Shown: positions 1 to 8,740 of the stretch, piece by piece
How positions within the stretch are numbered: position 1 is the stretch's first letter
Layout: the number at the start of each line of letters is the position of its first letter
NCBI GenBank assembly: GCA_963804165.1
Contig: CAWDPO010000022.1
Location: 1 to 32,590 of the forward strand
DNA length: 32,590 nucleotides
From: an uncultured delta proteobacterium
Lineage (GTDB): Bacteria; Desulfobacterota; Binatia; UBA9968
Direction of reading: 5' to 3'
The notes under the pieces: model-generated
What the model saw: the letters and a program-made list of their open reading frames with translations, nothing else
What the model was told of the DNA's origin: nothing
Database searches by the model: none
Translations under genes and position numbers: made by a program

Positions 1-24
1 CTCCATCAACGCAATCTCGAGCGA

Positions 25-61
25 CATCGCATTGAAGCGTCGTTCAGGTCAATCTTAGGCT
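25..61 (+). repeat. Repeat family A copy 1 (recombination-site-like)
   Basis: CATCGCATTGAAGCGTCGTTCAGGTCAATCTTAGGCT; same core at 513-545, 1526-1561, 4828-4852 and 14848-14880 (minus). Confidence 0.85.
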
Positions 62-217
62 AAAAATCTGGTTCTTCCGCGCAACCCGTGCTGGAAATGC
101 GCACCGATAGCAGCTGCTCGCAGCAACGTGACGCCAGAATTGCAATGTTGCGCTCCTGTTTCAGCGGTGACACGCTTATCGTTGAAGGCACCTAATTGAT
201 TAGGAGGGCATGACAGC

Positions 218-451
218 ATGAACTCCCAAACTACAGGATTGCTAGTGTCGAGCGTGGTGTTCGCTTCGCTGGCCATTGCGCAGCTGGCGCGGCTTGTAAT
301 ACGGCCAGAAGTGCTTGTAGGTGGTTATCCGATGCCATTGTGGCCAAGCGTTTTGGCTGTTATCGTTTTCGGCGGTCTGAGTCTTTGGTTGTGGAGACTT
401 GCTCGCACGCCTACCAGCGAAAACAGTGAGGCGAGGCGCATAAGCCGCTAA
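218..451 (+). CDS. Small two-TM membrane protein, cassette-like
   Basis: 77 aa with two hydrophobic helices; AGGAGG upstream; flanked by repeat A copies 1 and 2. Confidence 0.75.
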   Translation: MNSQTTGLLVSSVVFASLAIAQLARLVIRPEVLVGGYPMPLWPSVLAVIVFGGLSLWLWRLARTPTSENSEARRISR

Positions 452-510
452 CCATTGGATCTAACTCGGCGGGGAACTAAGAAAACCCGCTGTTGGTTTT
501 GGATTAGGCT
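445..510 (+). other. Possible decayed attC site
   Basis: Stop codon embedded in CGCTAAC and a GATTAGGC (GTTAGGC-like) about 55 bp later; internal pairing poor. Confidence 0.2.
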
Positions 511-512
511 AG

Positions 513-577
513 CATCGCGTTGAAGCGTCGTTAAGTTCAATCTCACGTCGATTACAGAATTTGACTGTAGGTTTGAG
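513..577 (+). repeat. Repeat family A copy 2 plus C-type module
   Basis: CATCGCGTTGAAGCGTCGTTAAGTTCAATCTCA followed by GTCGATTACA..TGTAGGTTTGA, resembling TTCGACTACA..TGTCAGGTTTGA at 9714-9741. Confidence 0.8.
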
Positions 578-649
578 GACTATCCACGAACGCGTTATGC
601 GAGTAAAAACGCTTTCAGGCCATTTGCGTCTTTAGGGATTCTGTAATGT

Positions 650-1294
650 TCACTGTTCGCTAACCTCAACGTCGTCGAGAGCCGTAAGAATACCGAGCTC
701 CAAGGCCGTGATTGGAAGCGTCGGACAGCCCGAGGGCCGTTTGGCCTCTGTGCCTTCACAATTTCGCGTCACCCGCTGGTAGTAACCGACGAATCCGCGC
801 TCCCCTTTGCTCAGGAACAGTTGAATCATCTGGTCGTTTAACCGTCCATTGGTCATCTCGCTGTAGAAGGCAGATAGCTCGCCGAAGTGTCCGGTTAAAG
901 GTCTTCCGATCCGGTACGAGTAATTGCCGTGAAACGCAACGTAGCTACGGTCATTGGCCAACCGGCGATCCGCTCCACCAAGGAACGCATTGGCGCAGGC
1001 TGAGTTACAGTACCCCAAGGCAACGGTCGACAGCCCTCGGCGTCGAATCTCGTGAGCAAGGGCTAACCCGATCAAATGTACCCCGCCCGGGCTGTTGGTG
1101 AAGACGACAGTTCGTATGGCTGGGGTTAGGTGCGAAAGGAATTTGTCGTAATCCAACTCGTTAATGAAACCGCTGAGGATGAGCTGAGAGCCGCTGACGC
1201 TCATCTCCATTGCTGAAGTGGGGACGGCTCCCAGCAGAAGCAGCGAGACGAACAGCCAAACGGGTAACTGTTTAATTAACTTCATCGGTTCCAT
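650..1294 (-). CDS. Secreted ClpP/crotonase-like periplasmic protein (COG3904-like)
   Basis: Signal peptide; motifs NSPGG, CNSAC..FLGG..R, FHG; exact start uncertain (1297/1294/1285). Confidence 0.7.
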   Translation of the reverse strand: MEPMKLIKQLPVWLFVSLLLLGAVPTSAMEMSVSGSQLILSGFINELDYDKFLSHLTPAIRTVVFTNSPGGVHLIGLALAHEIRRRGLSTVALGYCNSACANAFLGGADRRLANDRSYVAFHGNYSYRIGRPLTGHFGELSAFYSEMTNGRLNDQMIQLFLSKGERGFVGYYQRVTRNCEGTEAKRPSGCPTLPITALELGILTALDDVEVSEQ

Positions 1295-1393
1295 CAATTT
1301 CAGTTGATTCGACGTTTAGCGCCTCGGCTCGGTTCGTTGCAAGCGGCTCTCGGCTCGCTTTCAACTGCTCGATTGCGTGAAATGACACTATCT

Positions 1394-1489
1394 AACTAAC
1401 AAAGCGGTGGAGGGGAACGCAGCAGTCCTGCCGCTGGATTCCCTTATCGCTTCGGATCCTCAGCGCTCCCTCAACGCCAACGCTAAGGC
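1394..1489 (+). other. Degenerate integron attC-like site
   Basis: AACTAAC-AAAGCGGTGGAGGGGAACGC ... GCGCTCCCTCAACGCCAAC-GCTAAGG: R''/L''/L'/R' layout with paired inner arms; R' has GCT instead of GTT. Confidence 0.45.
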
Positions 1490-1570
1490 TGTAATTGAAC
1501 TGATTTCTCCTACGACTAAATCCTATGAGATTTGACTGAAGCGTCGTTCAGTTCAATCTCAGGCTGAATC
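1490..1570 (+). repeat. Repeat family A copy 3 (most palindromic)
   Basis: TGTAATTGAAC..AAATCCTA then TGAGATTTGACTGAA-GCGTCG-TTCAGTTCAATCTCA (1526-1561; 15-bp inverted arms, 13/15 match, 6-bp spacer). Confidence 0.85.
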
Positions 1571-1698
1571 CCGTCTTGTGGCTCGAAGAATACCTGTCGC
1601 TTTCAGTCGTAAATCTCAGTTTCCCTCTAATGCCGCCCGCGTGATACATAGCAATTGGTGTGGCTTCATGTGACGTTCTTATCCTGGATCAGAAACGT

Positions 1699-1729
1699 TG
1701 TATATTGGACCTTCGTCCAATATACACGC
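1699..1729. repeat. Palindrome family B copy 1
   Basis: TGTATATTGGAC-CTTC-GTCCAATATACA, perfect 12-bp arms. Confidence 0.85.
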
Positions 1730-1817
1730 AGAGCTTACGGCCACACTAACTCGCGCTGAAACTCGCTCGGTCCCTACGGCGCGAACGCGACGATTAACCG
1801 CAGCTGACTTCCATTCT

Positions 1818-3176
1818 TCAGAACACCAACTGAAGCCGTAACCCCAGGATGGTTCCCGTGCCTATGCTCTTTCTACTAAGGCGGGGCAGCAACCCCAAGG
1901 GACCTTGGCCGATGGTGACTTTGTCTTTCTGAGCCCCCCTGATAATCTGGATGTCCGGCGTCAGCAGCGCCCACGGCGTGATCGCAAAATTGTAAAAAGC
2001 CTCGAACCCGTACTCGTCGCGTAAAAGTTTCGTCGTTTGAAGCGGACCCTGAATGGTCGGGTTATGTATATTTATGAAGTAATAACCCAAGCCAAACTTG
2101 TCGTTGGGCCGGCTCTCGAACATGCCTTTGCCGCCGACGCCGAAGCTCGCGAAGAATTTCATAAAGTTCGGATTGCCGTCGGAAACGCCCAAACGCGTGA
2201 ACACGCCGACGCCCCGGTCGACGCCTTTTTTTGGCTCATACAGATACTGGTCGAAGTTGTAGTAAATGTTCCAAGAACCTTTCTTAGCCCTGAGCGCGCT
2301 GTTCTCGATGGTGTCCCTGTCCAACCTCTGATCGATCGAAGTAAACTTTTTGTTGGAAAAAGTCGTGCCGAAAAGCTGATGCCCCGTGAGTCCGAAAAAG
2401 TCCGTTCTCACCCGACCCTCGGCGGCAACGACGATGGCGTTGCCGTTCAAATCCTCAAAGCCCGAGGTAGTGGCATCACCATTGGCCGACATCACAAAGA
2501 AACTGACGACAGCCTCGTTGGGATCTTTGGTGGGTACTACGAGCAGTCCGGTGCCCAAGGTCGAGTAAGGCACCGTGACAGCAGTAAGTGGATTAACGTT
2601 AAATGCCTCGTTCATGAAATTGGTGTCGCCTTTACCGTGGGCAAACTCGTTCATGTCGCCGGAATTTGCGGTGATGGTGGCGAACTTACCTATAGTCAGC
2701 CCGAAGTAGGGAGAAAGATACTGCGTGAAATTCCATGCCGGCACGCCGAAAATATCACCAGGGGACAGTGGATAAAGCTGGTTGTGATTGACCGGCATGA
2801 GCGCGCCGGTTTTCGGGTTGACTGAGGACGCCCAATTACCCTCCATTTCAAAATTAAAAAAACCGCCGGGCCACAAACCGAGCTTGCCGCTGTCCAAATT
2901 GAGGATCAGGTCGCCGCGCCCGCCGTATTCCCATGCGCCGTTTTTGCCGCCGCCGACCACACCTTGGCCGACCTGGGTGATGCTCATATCGAGAGTCACG
3001 CCCTTGGCGGCTAATTCGTTGCGCAACCCACCCCAGTCACCGGTCAGTGTCGAACGCGACCAGAAGTCTCCTGAGTATGGGTCTTTCGCCGAGGAATCCT
3101 GTGCCCCAACGTGCGCGCCCAGCAACATTCCAAACCAAAATATGATCGGTCCAACAATCTTGGACGTTTTCATCAA
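1818..3176 (-). CDS. Carbohydrate-selective porin, OprB family
   Basis: Signal peptide, LTGDWGGLRNELAAKGV motif, YNFDQYLY, E.FYNFAITPW..LTPDIQ, C-terminal Phe. Confidence 0.92.
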   Translation of the reverse strand: MMKTSKIVGPIIFWFGMLLGAHVGAQDSSAKDPYSGDFWSRSTLTGDWGGLRNELAAKGVTLDMSITQVGQGVVGGGKNGAWEYGGRGDLILNLDSGKLGLWPGGFFNFEMEGNWASSVNPKTGALMPVNHNQLYPLSPGDIFGVPAWNFTQYLSPYFGLTIGKFATITANSGDMNEFAHGKGDTNFMNEAFNVNPLTAVTVPYSTLGTGLLVVPTKDPNEAVVSFFVMSANGDATTSGFEDLNGNAIVVAAEGRVRTDFFGLTGHQLFGTTFSNKKFTSIDQRLDRDTIENSALRAKKGSWNIYYNFDQYLYEPKKGVDRGVGVFTRLGVSDGNPNFMKFFASFGVGGKGMFESRPNDKFGLGYYFINIHNPTIQGPLQTTKLLRDEYGFEAFYNFAITPWALLTPDIQIIRGAQKDKVTIGQGPLGLLPRLSRKSIGTGTILGLRLQLVF

Positions 3177-3220
3177 GGCTCACCCTAGGGCGTGGCGGAA
3201 AAAACAGGTGGACCTCATCG

Positions 3221-3290
3221 ACTTTGCCACAACTTTGCCAGAACTATTTGCACGAATGTGTCTGCGCAAAATTTGGTAATAACTCATTGA
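3221..3290 (+). repeat. Integrase arm-type doublet (att relic 1) with IHF-like site
   Basis: ACTTTGCCAC-A-ACTTTGCCAGAACTAT identical to 11021-11047; TAACTCATTGA (3280-3290) is IHF-like on the minus strand. Confidence 0.6.
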
Positions 3291-3316
3291 CGGCCGTACG
3301 CGCATGTCCAGTTTGC

Positions 3317-3680
3317 CTACGCCTTGTTTTTGTTTAATCCGGTCCGCGCCTTTTTGCTGTGGCCGTCCGGCGGTTTCCAGGCTCTTTTTTAATGCCGCGA
3401 AAATATCAACGACTTGGCTGCGCCGCGGCGCCGGCGTGACGGCTTTGATTTCTGGCCTTCGACCTTTTGCTCGACCATGGAGCGCGCTCGCTCGCGGTAT
3501 TCATCGGCATAGCGCTCAGGCTCGAAGTCCGGCGAGAACATTTTCTCGATCAGGCTCATGCCAAGCTCTAGCTGCTCGGCGGGGAGCTTCACGCCTTCGC
3601 CTTTTGCGATCGCATCGAAGTCGCGGATCTCGTCTTTGAAAAACAGGAAGTGAAGAACGAGTGACCGCTCATTAGCGCGT
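3317..3680 (-). pseudogene. ku: Ku (NHEJ) C-terminal fragment
   Basis: LHFLFFKDEIRDF..LGMSLIEKM..FEPERYADEYRER, then after a frameshift VVDIFAALKKSLE; N-terminal part absent. Confidence 0.85.
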
Positions 3681-3802
3681 GTTGTAGTAAAGGCCATCGG
3701 ACGTCGCTGAGTGACGGCAGCGGGCGCTCGATCCTTACACTGTAATTGCACTTCTGCTACTCTGCGAATCGGTCGTAGATGGTGGGTCGATTGAGCTTGG
3801 AC

Positions 3803-4078
3803 ATGACTCAATTCAAGACTGTTTGCCTTGGGTGTTCGTTAGCATTTGGGATTTTGTTAGGAGGTAGCAGCATTGGTGAAAGCCACACTGGACTTGTTGA
3901 CGGCTACGGCTGTCATCGCGGTGCGGACAAGGTCAGCTATCATTGCCATCAGGGGCAGTTTGCCGGCCGGACATTCAAATCGAAGGACGATTTTCTACGC
4001 GAGTTGCGCGGCGGCAAGTCGCCGCAATTAGCTCCCAAAGAGAACCCGCCCCAGCCGCAAAGAAAGCCCGAAAAATAG
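3803..4078 (+). CDS. Small secreted YHYH-type His/Cys protein
   Basis: Signal peptide then HTGLVDGYGCH..SYHCH. Confidence 0.75.
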   Translation: MTQFKTVCLGCSLAFGILLGGSSIGESHTGLVDGYGCHRGADKVSYHCHQGQFAGRTFKSKDDFLRELRGGKSPQLAPKENPPQPQRKPEK

Positions 4079-4129
4079 CCACGGCTAAGCAGTTTGCACC
4101 GACTTGCTCTAGCGCTCAGGATCCGCTTC

Positions 4130-4270
4130 ATGAAACTGCCGCGCCCGGCCTTCATTCTCAGCGTCGTCGTTGCGGCCGTGTTGATCGTTGTCGGTTTCGG
4201 CGCTCTGCTTTTGCCGCGAATCGTCGACAGCCAGATCATCAGGAAAAATGTGAGCTCCGAATTGGCGAAA
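4130..4270 (+). pseudogene. AsmA-like N-terminal fragment
   Basis: N-terminal TM helix then LLLPRIVDSQIIRKNVSSELAKR; similarity ends abruptly. Confidence 0.4.
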
Positions 4271-4518
4271 CGATTCGCCGCCCTGACTTCAAATGTGCCG
4301 TTTCTGGCAATCGTCGAAGGTCGCAATTGGCTAAGGATCGGTGAGATTGGGTGGTGCGTGCGATTCTCGCTGTGATTCTCTACGGTCTGTTTCTTCACTT
4401 CCACAGAAATCTCTTTGGCGTCTCGCCGCTGCCGCTGTAGCAGAAACCTAAAGAAGTTGATCACTGGCGGTGAGCGAGTCTGATTCATGCGACCGTCGCC
4501 TGAGCGGGCGACGAAATC

Positions 4519-4740
4519 ACTTTGCCACAGCTTTGCCAGAACTATTTGTTCTAATCTGGTCGAATCGGTAACACCGATACTGACACATAGTCCCGGTACA
4601 GCAAGAGGACTGAAAATCCTCGTGTCGGCAGTTCGATTCTGTCCCTGGCCATACTCTCTCCTCTTTAAAATTCAATCAGTTACCCCGGTCTCGTCGGCGG
4701 GAATGAATTTTCGCCGCCACTTTGCCATTACTTTGCCAGA
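4519..4740 (+). mobile_element. attP-like junction of a tRNA-Phe-targeting integrative element
   Basis: CTTTGCCA doublets (11-bp period) at 4519-4539 and 4719-4739 flank a tRNA 3' half; IHF-like ATTCAATCAGTTA at 4670-4682. Confidence 0.7.
4605..4651 (+). pseudogene. tRNA-Phe(GAA) 3' half (att core), not a complete tRNA
   Basis: Anticodon arm GAGGA-CTGAAAA-TCCTC, T arm GGCAG-TTCGATT-CTGTC, acceptor 3' strand CCTGGCC-A; no 5' GGCCAGG or D arm upstream. Confidence 0.9.
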
Positions 4741-4827
4741 TTCAAGAAGCTCATACACTTGCTGTACATTTCGAGCGACATCTTTCTCTGATAATTGCGC
4801 GGTGCATTGGTTTTGACCACCTCACAA

Positions 4828-4852
4828 TGAAAGCGTCGTTCATCAATCTCAG
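4828..4852 (+). repeat. Repeat family A copy 4 (degenerate)
   Basis: TGAAAGCGTCGTTCATCAATCTCAG. Confidence 0.7.
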
Positions 4853-4871
4853 CGTCTAGGATTGGGTTGCC

Positions 4872-5641
4872 TTGATAGACCGCAGCCTGATATCTGGATA
4901 TACCAAAAGAGGTTGTACGTTTGAAGTCGCCGAAGCATATGAAGTGATGATGGGGCGCTGGAGCCGGCAGTTGGCGCCTTTGTTTGTGAAGTTTGTCGGT
5001 GTGCGGGACGGTGAGAACGTGCTCGATGTGGGCTGCGGCACTGGATCTCTTTCGGCGACGTTGGCGGGAGTGACGAAAACGTCGGAGATCGTCGGCATCG
5101 ATCCTTCCAAGGGTTTTATCGAATACGCCAGAACGCAAATTGCCGATCCTCGGGTAACCTTCGAGGTCGGCGATGCACAAAATCTGCCTTACCCAGACGC
5201 CTCGTTCGACCGATGTTTGGCTCTACTCGCGGTTGATTACATTCCGGATGCTCTGAAGGCAGCGATAGAAATGCGCCGCATTACCAAAATAGCGGGTGTC
5301 GTGGCAACCACGATGTGGGACCGTAGCCGCGCGAATGAGCTTTACGGCTGTTTTTGGGATGCTGCGGAAGCGATCGATCCGACAGCGCAACGGCCCTCTG
5401 CGAGGCGGGGATCGTACGGTTCTGCGGAAGCACTTTCAGATCTTTGGAAGGACGCCGCTCTCACCCACATCGAAGTTACAGACTTGACGATGCGGTGCCA
5501 GTTCTCTTCGTTTGATGAGCTGTGGCAACGTTATCTGACGGGCGAAGGCCCCCCAGGTCCGTAAATGGCGGGTCTTTCGACCCCGACGGACCATTTGCAC
5601 TTAATGCGAAAGCGTGGGCAGTGCGTGGTGTCGTGCCTTAA
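4872..5641 (+). pseudogene. Class I SAM-dependent methyltransferase, C-terminally disrupted
   Basis: YEVMMGRWS, VLDVGCGTG, GDAQNLPYPDASFD; premature TAA at 5562; remnant PDGPFALNAKAWAVRGVVP* in another frame to 5641; in-frame ACG at 4917 after GAGG may be a mutated start. Confidence 0.85.
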
Positions 5642-5717
5642 AGACGAAGCGCGCCTAGCGTTGCGCGATCCGGCAGACAGCGCGAGACCAAATGGAGTCT
5701 AAAATTGCAAGCTAAGT

Positions 5718-5753
5718 CATCGCATCAGAGCTGATCAAAGCCCTGATGCGATG
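5718..5753. terminator. Hairpin between convergent genes
   Basis: CATCGCATCAG..CTGATGCGATG 11-bp perfect stem; no clear U tract. Confidence 0.35.
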
Positions 5754-5857
5754 GAAGCGCGGGCGAAGACCTGAACGAGAGGAGCTAAGTCTCTAGCAAG
5801 CTAGGCCGCCCGCGCCGCCTGCTTTCATTCCCCGCACGAACACGGAAAAAAGCTCGC

Positions 5858-6514
5858 TCAGTATTTGGACAGTCCGGCGAGTAAGTTTCGCGCTCCGGCA
5901 GGGGGTTGTACCTTGCCCGAAAGGATTTCTTGCGCCGTGACCGGCCTTCCGTAGTATGCTTCATTGGCGTCATCTCGCACGCTGACGACTGTGCCTTCGA
6001 GCGAAACGCCGGCAAAAAATCCCTGGCTTAGGCTGTAACTATAGATCGCGCTTTGCAACGCCACGCTGGCCTCGGCCGTCCGTCCGACAGGACCCGCCGC
6101 CACGCTCAAGTTGCCGCCCAGTGTGACGTTGCCTTGTTTCGAGAAGGCCTCCACAGCAGCCGGAGTATTGAGAACCATCACGAACTCGGTAACTTCCACT
6201 CCGGCTTGAAAACCGAATCCGACCCCGCCGGTACCGATGGCTGAGGGACCGCTCCATCCTTTATTCAGCCGCGCGACAACAACCCCTTTGCCACCCCTGC
6301 CACTCGCAAGAAACCCAGCCTTTGTGACGGTAAGAATGGCTAGACCTCTGGCAGCTTTCATGACCGAGGGCGGAATTCCTTTCTCCGGAATCGCCTCGAA
6401 TCGCTGGATGACCGCCGCTGCCTGATCGACATCGGCTTGCGTTTCATCGCGCGAAGATGTCGTGGAGCACGAAGTCAACAATGTGGTAACGATAAGAAAA
6501 ATAATTGCTCTCAT
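5858..6514 (-). CDS. Lipid-binding SYLF (Ysc84) domain lipoprotein
   Basis: Lipobox LTSC; KAGF..GRGGKGVVVAR, WSGPS, GFQAG, AAGPVGR, GFFAGVSLEG. Confidence 0.92.
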   Translation of the reverse strand: MRAIIFLIVTTLLTSCSTTSSRDETQADVDQAAAVIQRFEAIPEKGIPPSVMKAARGLAILTVTKAGFLASGRGGKGVVVARLNKGWSGPSAIGTGGVGFGFQAGVEVTEFVMVLNTPAAVEAFSKQGNVTLGGNLSVAAGPVGRTAEASVALQSAIYSYSLSQGFFAGVSLEGTVVSVRDDANEAYYGRPVTAQEILSGKVQPPAGARNLLAGLSKY

Positions 6515-7062
6515 CCTGGCCCCTCCTTATATTATTTGCTTTATGTTTTTAATTCTTTTTTCAGGTCGCCTTTGGCGTCGTGCGCATTGCCCGATTGTAG
6601 AGAAGGCATCGGCATAGTGGGGCTTGAAACACCTTCCGCCGCGGCGCCGCACCAGCGTCAGTATCTACTCATTATCACCAATCTGATTGATGAGCAGATC
6701 AATCTCTCCTTGCGGGTCCTTTATTGCTGCGAACTCGTCAATCGTGAAAATCTGTTTTTTACCCCTGCCTCAATAATCAACTCGAATCCATCCTTGTCTG
6801 GAGATCCCGGCAGCTCAGGCGGTCGATCGGAATTTTCCGCTCGGCAGCCGTTTGCTTCAATTGCGTTACAAAACGGTCTCGTTGTTGAGCCATAGGTTAG
6901 TCCCTCCTATGATTCAACTTAACCGTTCTGAATGAGCCGTTCTAGGTCCGTCATTGTATTTGGGAATCCACAACTGGACACTTCGAATGGAAACATATCG
7001 CAAAGATAGCTTTGAGGAAATAGCGGAGCAGCGAAACGCGATCTATGTCCCCTGACGCATAA

Positions 7063-8039
7063 TCACTTGATCACTTTGTCCGCCCGATAGAGTACCGACT
7101 GAGGAATCGTGAGGCCGATCTGTTTCGCAGTTTTGAGATTGATGACCAACTCGAACTTCGTTGTTGCTCGACGGGGAGATTGGCGGGCTTGGCGCCTTTG
7201 AGGATTTTGTCTACGTAAACCGCAGCGCGGCGATATATATCTGTATAGCTCGGCGCATAGGACATGAGGCCACCAACTTCCACATATTCCGTCTGCGTGT
7301 ACATCGCCGGTAGCCGATTGTTTACCGCAAGGTCCACTATCCGTTGCCGGTGAGCATTTGTAAGGAGGCTTTGCAGCACGATGAGAGCGCCGGCTCGTTC
7401 CGTGGTTTGCTGCCCTGAACGCACCCTCGAAGTCGTTGGAACTCCGCACCTCCAGAGATTGAAGCTGAACACTTACTGCAGGGGCCACGACCTGAGTCTC
7501 TTTGAAAGTGACAGCGGAGCCTGGCGTGCTTGGATCCCAAAGTACAGCGACACGGGAGACTTTGGAGATAGTCTCTTTGAGCAGCTCTAACCTCTTCCCG
7601 CTCAACTCCGGAGCAAGGTTGGTGAGCCCCGTGATATTCCCGCCAGGCCGCGCCAGACTCGCGACAAAGCCCTGCGCGACGGGATCTTCAACAGTTGTCA
7701 TGACAACGGGGATCGTTTTGGTTGCATTCTTCAGAGCGCTGATGGCTAAAGCGCCCGACACCAGAATGACGTCAACCCTAAGACGGACCAGCTCCCCTGA
7801 GAGGTCGGGAAGCCGATCACGCTTTCCCCCCCATAACGATAATCGATTGTAATGTTCCGAGCGTCCTCGTAGCCTAGATCGCGAAGACCTTGCTGGAATG
7901 CCTCAATGAATCTAGCGTACGCGGAAGCGGAGGAGCCTCCGAGGAAACCTATCCGGTAGACTTTCTTCGGCTGCTGCGCCTCGGCGAGATTAACATAAAC
8001 GAGAATCAGAACCGGGAGCAGCCAATGCATTCTATTCAT
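7063..8039 (-). pseudogene. ABC transporter substrate-binding protein (ABC_sub_bind), frameshifted
   Basis: AQQPKKVYRIGFL, DPVAQGFVASLARPGGNITG, KRLELLKE, GGLMSY, KFELVINLKTAKQIGLTIP spread over several frames. Confidence 0.9.
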
Positions 8040-8080
8040 AGCCGTGCTCTTTCACCGCAATGGATATGCCACAAAGCCGG

Positions 8081-8161
8081 GCGTATGAAAATCAGTATTT
8101 TGTCGCGAGAGAAGCCGTTGAGCGTGACGATTCGACTACAGGAGCTGTATCGGATTTGATT
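8081..8161 (+). repeat. Repeat family C copy 1
   Basis: GCGTATGAAAATCAGTATTTTG..AGCGTGACGATTCGACTACA..TTTGATT also at 9682-9743. Confidence 0.85.
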
Positions 8162-8581
8162 TGTGGGGTGAGCGACAGCTCTCACCGATCACAACGCTTT
8201 TCGCCCAAACAGCCACGACCGGTAACAAATTGTCAGATAGGCGAACACCAAGCCGAAGGCGAGGCTCGCCACAAAGCCGAATGGGTGAATCCATCGCGCT
8301 ACGATGAGCAGCGAAATTCTGAAGGTGGTCCGCGATGGCTGATCCCCGTCGTCGAGAAACCGACAATGCACGTCTGCTCTTCATTGACGCGAAATGTCAA
8401 ATTATTGGCGTTTTGAGTAAAGTTTTTTCACCCGAAACTAGATTAGATTTACGCGTCGCATCGTCGTTCTATCGGTTACCCTAGAGCGGGCTTTTGTTAA
8501 CCGTGAAGTCTTCGTGCGGAATCGCGCCGGGCGCTCGATGGGTAAGCTGTACCCTGGCGCGGTTGGCATAACGGCCTATGT

Positions 8582-8731
8582 GGCCCCGTGTAGTCGGCCG
8601 GCGGGAGGCAGCACCCGTACGGGGAGAAACGAAGATGACGGGGCCTTCTCTCTGGTCCTTTAGATAGTTCCGAGAGAGACGGCAGGGAACATTGCCAGTG
8701 TTCCGCATGGGGGCGTCCGTGAAGCGCCCCC
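8582..8731. ncRNA. Candidate structured RNA (hairpin chain)
   Basis: Four stems in 150 nt; no family recognised. Confidence 0.3.
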
Positions 8732-8740
8732 GCCAAGTTT

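Noticed and set aside
25-1570. CRISPR array from family A repeats
   Set aside because: Spacing is about 0.5-1 kb with whole genes between copies; no cas genes
2037-2825. 262-aa plus-strand ORF
   Set aside because: Antisense shadow of the OprB gene
4575-4655. Intact tRNA-Phe gene
   Set aside because: No 5' acceptor strand (GGCCAGG) or D arm upstream of the anticodon arm
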